Origin: Gemmatimonadaceae bacterium
GTDB lineage: Bacteria > Gemmatimonadota > Gemmatimonadetes > Gemmatimonadales > Gemmatimonadaceae
Assembly (NCBI GenBank): GCA_044224875.1
Contig: JBGAJQ010000002.1
Location: 32,001-96,000 of the forward strand
Reading direction: 5' to 3'
Length of the DNA stretch: 64,000 nucleotides
The stretch's first letter is position 1; each line of letters opens with the position of its first letter. Shown piece after piece: positions 59,554 through 64,000 of this stretch. A model generated the notes under the pieces. That model was not told the origin of the DNA and did no database searches. It saw only the letters and a program-made list of their open reading frames with translations. Both the position numbers and the translations under genes were made by a program.

Positions 59554-60612
59554 CTAACGTCTAACGGCGGTAGTCTCCAGGAGTTGCTCGCGAACGGTGC
59601 GCACCTTGCCCGCCCGTTCGAGCGCGGCCCACAGGCGCGCGACCGTCTCCCCATCCACCAGGCCTGCGGGCGACCCACTCGCGGGTCCGGAGAGTCGCTC
59701 CGAGGCCCGAAACGCATCCACCGCCTGGATGGTCTCGGCGGTAAACGCCAGGGCGTCATCGCTCCGCACCAAGGCCGCCTCTCCGGCACGGAAGAAGCCG
59801 AGTGCGTGGAGCATCACCTTCAGCTGCCATATGTCGTTGCCGCTGAACGCCTGCAACGTCCGGAAGCCTAACGTTTGAGAAATGGCGTCGTAGATGCGCC
59901 GCATCTCGGCGACGGGGTCCGCATGCTCGCAGACGGATATCTGCGCGGTGACGCCATCGGCGCGGCGCGACCGTCCCGGTCGCGGATCGGCCACCAGCAC
60001 GGCTGCCGACTGCTGGCGTCCATGGCGCGCGTCGCCACCCACCGCGTGCCCCGCTGCGATCGCCTCGATCAAGCGGTCGGCAAGGTGTCGCGGCGTCCCG
60101 TCGCTCGCCTCGAACGTACGCGCGACGGCCTCCAGGACCTCGGGGCCGACGAGGAGGTTGCCCTGCGTGACGTAGTTGGGTCCCGTGCGTTGTCCCGCCC
60201 ACGCATTCGTTCCCGTCCCCGTGTACTGAGCGCTCGCGCCACCCACCGCGATGACGCCCACCTGGCGGGAGCGCGCCAGGGTGTCCTTCGCCAGCGCGTC
60301 ACGCAGCGCGATCTCAGGTGCAACGCCACGGGCCAGGGCGTCCAGCAGTTCGCTCCCGTACTCCGTGCGCGTGTTCGCCTGCGTGGCGACGGCGCCGACT
60401 CCGGCCCGTACCCATGGTACGCCGTTGCCAACGCAGGGCACGCGTGTGGTTACGGCAACCCCGCTCTCCCCGGTCCGCGGATCGATCGCGGCGATCGAGA
60501 AGGTGTGAAAGACGAGGGAGTCGCGCCAAGCGGCCGGCACCTGTCCAAAGAGTGGCGGTGCCGTCAGCATCAACGACAGCGTGGCGAGTTCAACGCGGGC
60601 GACAGCGCGCAT
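59554..60612 (-). CDS. DUF1028 (Ntn-hydrolase-like) protein with C-terminal peptidoglycan-binding-like domain
   Basis: HTFSI, GVGAVATQA, QGNLL, GGDAR..QSAA; T.QAV.AF...G.VD. Confidence 0.8.
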   Translation of the reverse strand: MRAVARVELATLSLMLTAPPLFGQVPAAWRDSLVFHTFSIAAIDPRTGESGVAVTTRVPCVGNGVPWVRAGVGAVATQANTRTEYGSELLDALARGVAPEIALRDALAKDTLARSRQVGVIAVGGASAQYTGTGTNAWAGQRTGPNYVTQGNLLVGPEVLEAVARTFEASDGTPRHLADRLIEAIAAGHAVGGDARHGRQQSAAVLVADPRPGRSRRADGVTAQISVCEHADPVAEMRRIYDAISQTLGFRTLQAFSGNDIWQLKVMLHALGFFRAGEAALVRSDDALAFTAETIQAVDAFRASERLSGPASGSPAGLVDGETVARLWAALERAGKVRTVREQLLETTAVRR

Positions 60613-60657
60613 GGGTGACCTCCACAGGCTTTGGCAGGCCAGCCACCGGACCGCGCG

Positions 60658-62028
60658 TCAGGCGGCCACGGCCGCCCGCGTCTTCGCGTACTGGTCCAGT
60701 CCGAGTCCCAGGAAAATCGTGGCCAGGACGAAGGCCGCCGAAAAATAGAAGGGCACCGCGATGCCGAGCGAGTCGAACGCCCAGCCGTAAAACAGCGGCG
60801 CCACGATGCGCGCCACGCCTCCGAACGTCTGCTGGATGCCCATGTACAATCCACGCTCATTCGGCGCGATCACGCGCGACAGGAGCGCGGTCACGCAGGG
60901 AAACGTGAACGCCGTGCCTAACGGGATCATGGCCACGGCGATGGCCAGCGTGCCGATGTTACCCGCGAACGGCATGCCCAGCACGCCCGCGGCCAGCGTC
61001 ACGATCCCCAACCGCGACAACCTCGCCTCGCCAAACCGATCCACCAGTCTCCCTAGCAGCAACACGCGCGCAAAGACGGAGATCGCACCGATGTACATAA
61101 AGAAGAACCCGATCGTCTTTTCCGTGACCTGGAAGCGCGCGTTGAGGAAGAGTGCGAGGACCGCCGTGATCCCCTGAAAGGCCCCAATGGCGATGGCATA
61201 GATCCAGATGAGCCGCGACGACGCTTCCCCGGAATGCGAGATCACGCGCCAGATCGCTTCTCGTGGACGGCGTTGCTGCGCGGCGTGCGCGGCGTGGGAC
61301 TCGCGCGACTCCGTGAGGTACTTGGCGGCGAAGGCCATGTTCAGCAGGCACAAGGTGGCCGCTACAATTCCTGGCGCCGCGTGTCCCATCGACATGTGAC
61401 CGGTACCGGGCATCAAGTCGATGTCCCCGAGTGACACGGAAAACGTGCCAAGCACGGGGCCAAGGGCCACACCAAGGTTGGTGGCCGCCGACAGCCAGCC
61501 TAACGCACGGGCGCGATTCTCTGGTTCCGTCGCGTCGGCGACGTAGGCCTGGATCACGCCCACCGTCCCTCCGCCAGCTCCCTGGACAATGCGCGAGAGC
61601 AACAGGAGGAACAACGAGTTTGCGAACCCAAAGATCAGGTACGCCACGGCCGATGCCCCCAGCGCAATCAACAGCGCCGGTCGGCGTCCGAACCGATCGG
61701 AAAAGCGACCCCACACGGGGGCGCTCAGCAGCTGTGCCACTGTGAAGGCAGACACCACGACCCCGGAGATCAACCCCACACCGGCGGTCGCCCCGCCAAA
61801 CAGGTGCACTCCCTCGCCGCCCAGCTTTTTCACATAGAATGGCAGCAGCGGAATGATCATCAACAAACCCACCATGTCGATGAACGCCGTGGCCATCAGT
61901 GCGAACAGACGAGCGGGAATTTTTCGCACCTCCTGCGCCAGCACATACGTCAACGCCAAGCCGATCGCGCCAACCGCCACGCGGACGATGGGAGACTCCA
62001 GGGACTGCGCGATGTTCAATTGCGCCAT
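60658..62028 (-). CDS. MFS transporter (DHA1/TetA-like)
   Basis: Motif A GRFSDRFGRRP; QAYVAD; about 12 TMs. Confidence 0.9.
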   Translation of the reverse strand: MAQLNIAQSLESPIVRVAVGAIGLALTYVLAQEVRKIPARLFALMATAFIDMVGLLMIIPLLPFYVKKLGGEGVHLFGGATAGVGLISGVVVSAFTVAQLLSAPVWGRFSDRFGRRPALLIALGASAVAYLIFGFANSLFLLLLSRIVQGAGGGTVGVIQAYVADATEPENRARALGWLSAATNLGVALGPVLGTFSVSLGDIDLMPGTGHMSMGHAAPGIVAATLCLLNMAFAAKYLTESRESHAAHAAQQRRPREAIWRVISHSGEASSRLIWIYAIAIGAFQGITAVLALFLNARFQVTEKTIGFFFMYIGAISVFARVLLLGRLVDRFGEARLSRLGIVTLAAGVLGMPFAGNIGTLAIAVAMIPLGTAFTFPCVTALLSRVIAPNERGLYMGIQQTFGGVARIVAPLFYGWAFDSLGIAVPFYFSAAFVLATIFLGLGLDQYAKTRAAVAA

Positions 62029-62034
62029 ATCGGC

Positions 62035-62946
62035 TCAGTCGCTCACACGGCCAAGGGCCGACGGCGGCAGGGAGCGACCGACGACTCCGGCCAGGGCTAC
62101 TATAGTCAGCGCGTAAGGGATCATCTCGACAAACTGTGAGGGGATCAGCTGCAACCCCTGAAGTTGAATCTGCAACGTTTCGGCAGCGGCAAACAGCACG
62201 CAGGCCACTGCCACCCGGCGAGGCTCCCAATTCCCGAAGATCACGGCCGCCAGGGCAATGAAGCCACGTCCCGCTGTCATGCTGTCAGTAAACTGATGCT
62301 GCTCCAGGGCCAGGTATGTCCCGCCGAGTGAGGCCAAGGCGCCTCCACCCAGCACGGCAATCCAGCGAACACGCGACACACCCACACCCAAGGTAATCGC
62401 CGCGTCGGGCTTTTCGCCCACGGCCCGTACGCGCAAGCCGAACGGTGTGCTGGACAACAGCCAGGCAACCAGCGGCAGAGATACAATCCCTAGGAACACC
62501 AAAGGGTTCACGAGGGACGACACGAGGCCAGTCAGCCGCGAGGCGTCGGCTGCCGCCCCCGGGCCGCTGGAGAACCAGTCAAATCCGCTCACGCGCGGAG
62601 AGTTGGAGGAGCTGTCAAACGCCAACCGGAGGAAGAAGCGCGTGACGCCAGCTGCCAGCAAGTTGATGGCGATGCCCACCACCACCTGGTCCGCGCGGAA
62701 GCGGACCGTAGCCACGGCGTGCAACGCCGCGGCCAGTAGGCCGCCAGCCACGCCACACAAGAGGCCAACCCACGGTGACTGCGCGTAGTAGCTGCCTAAC
62801 GTCGCACAAAACGCGCCGGTGAGCATCCACCCTTCCAACGTCAGCGCGATGACCCCCGACCGCTCGGAGAGCACGCCGCCCGCTGCCGCCAACAGGAACG
62901 GCGTGGCAATCCGCAGCGTCTGCACCAGGAACGCGAGCATCATCAT
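62035..62946 (-). CDS. Nucleoside/sugar ABC transporter permease
   Basis: SERSGV..LEG, FGLRVRAVGE, GRGFIALAAVIFG, MIPY. Confidence 0.9.
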   Translation of the reverse strand: MMMLAFLVQTLRIATPFLLAAAGGVLSERSGVIALTLEGWMLTGAFCATLGSYYAQSPWVGLLCGVAGGLLAAALHAVATVRFRADQVVVGIAINLLAAGVTRFFLRLAFDSSSNSPRVSGFDWFSSGPGAAADASRLTGLVSSLVNPLVFLGIVSLPLVAWLLSSTPFGLRVRAVGEKPDAAITLGVGVSRVRWIAVLGGGALASLGGTYLALEQHQFTDSMTAGRGFIALAAVIFGNWEPRRVAVACVLFAAAETLQIQLQGLQLIPSQFVEMIPYALTIVALAGVVGRSLPPSALGRVSD

Positions 62947-63995
62947 GAGGCCGAACCGTCGCTCGAGGCACTCCGCACGAGCCGTCGCACTTCGGGCACG
63001 GTCACGGCGACCGCGATGATCACGACCGCCGTCAACACGTCCACCATCTGTTTGGGCACCAGCGCATTGACCGCCAAGCCACCCTGCGAGAGTACCGCAA
63101 ACAACATCGCGGCCAGCACCACGCCAGCGGGATGGTTGCGGCCCACCAGGGCAACGGCGATCCCGATGTACCCGGCGCCGGCCGCGAACCCCTCCTCGTA
63201 GTAACGCTTGTACCCCAGGACGTAGTTGGTCCCTCCAAGCCCAGCCAACGCGCCGGAGAGCACCAGCGCCCGGAGCCAGACACCCCCGACGCGCACCCCG
63301 CCTGCCTCGGCGGCGGGAGGCTGCAAACCGACCGCCCGCAGCTCAAACCCGGCTCGGGTTCGGAAGAGGTACCACGCCACGGCACCCGCAAACAAGAGGG
63401 CGCCAACGACCATGAAATTCGCGGCGGATCCATGGAAGGCGGCCAGCACACTCGAAAGTCGCGCCACCTGACCGGCCCCGATCTCCGGCGTGTGCAACTG
63501 CTCCGGCACGTGCAGGCGCGTGGACACGATCCAGTTGAGGAACGCCAGCACGATAAAGTTCAGCATGATCGTGACAATGACCTCGCTGGTGCCAAAGCGC
63601 GCCTTGAGCGCGCCGGGCACGGCGCCGACCACGGCACCTCCAGCCGCCGCTCCCGCCAGGCACAACGGTATGGCCACAATTGCGGGACTTCCGGCCGGCA
63701 GCCACAGCCCCACCAACGCCGCACAGAATCCGCCCATGGCCAGCTGCCCTTCGGCGCCAATGTTGAACAACCCCGCGCGCAACCCAACAGCCACCGCCAA
63801 CCCGGTGAAAACCAGGGTCGTCGCCTTGTAGATCACCTGCCCAATGCCATAGGCATTGCCCAGCGTTCCGTCCAGCAACAACCGATAGACGTCGGCGGGC
63901 GACTGCCCGAACGCCAGTATGAGAATGTCACCAACGACGGCGGCGATCAGCAGCGCCACGACCGGTGCCGCCGCAGGTGCGATGCGCTGCATCAT
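62943..63995 (-). CDS. Nucleoside/sugar ABC transporter permease
   Basis: GLFNIGAEGQ, SEVIVTIMLN, GFELRAVG, GIAVALVGRNHP. Confidence 0.9.
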   Translation of the reverse strand: MMQRIAPAAAPVVALLIAAVVGDILILAFGQSPADVYRLLLDGTLGNAYGIGQVIYKATTLVFTGLAVAVGLRAGLFNIGAEGQLAMGGFCAALVGLWLPAGSPAIVAIPLCLAGAAAGGAVVGAVPGALKARFGTSEVIVTIMLNFIVLAFLNWIVSTRLHVPEQLHTPEIGAGQVARLSSVLAAFHGSAANFMVVGALLFAGAVAWYLFRTRAGFELRAVGLQPPAAEAGGVRVGGVWLRALVLSGALAGLGGTNYVLGYKRYYEEGFAAGAGYIGIAVALVGRNHPAGVVLAAMLFAVLSQGGLAVNALVPKQMVDVLTAVVIIAVAVTVPEVRRLVRSASSDGSAS

Positions 63996-64000
63996 GGCCT

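Noticed and set aside
60959..62230. Long alternative-frame and antisense ORFs (for example 423 aa here; also 20778-21845, 37159-38181, 53656-54684)
   Set aside because: Expected stop-poor shadows of real genes in high-GC DNA; no motifs

Overview
GC-rich, gene-dense bacterial chromosomal segment of about 52 CDS. I see no rRNA, tRNA, CRISPR, IS or prophage. The gene content (SusC/SusD-like pair, proteins with repeated carboxypeptidase-regulatory-like domains, DUF4331, PIG-L/NEW3, several S9 peptidases) suggests Gemmatimonadota; this is inference only. Main modules: esterase plus CoA-transferase operon; DUF4331 pair; a compact sigma54 -> fliA / sigma28 -> flgM-like divergent cassette beside a degenerate His-kinase-like gene; orphan WtpA/ModA-like binding protein; CDGSH-epimerase-DHDPS operon divergent from a YncD/PqqU-like TonB receptor; TetR-HlyD-ABC efflux operon; SusCD-cupredoxin-S9 peptidase cluster (one peptidase frameshifted); msrPQ, rlmL-like, sucA, PIG-L, ndh, CehA/McbA-like, MFS and nucleoside ABC permeases. 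The most unusual signal is not a gene. The non-palindromic octamer YGTTAGGC occurs at least 24 times (hand count), on both strands, in several reading frames and at stop codons, which points to a DNA-level signal. All calls come from reading motifs by eye; no searches were run.
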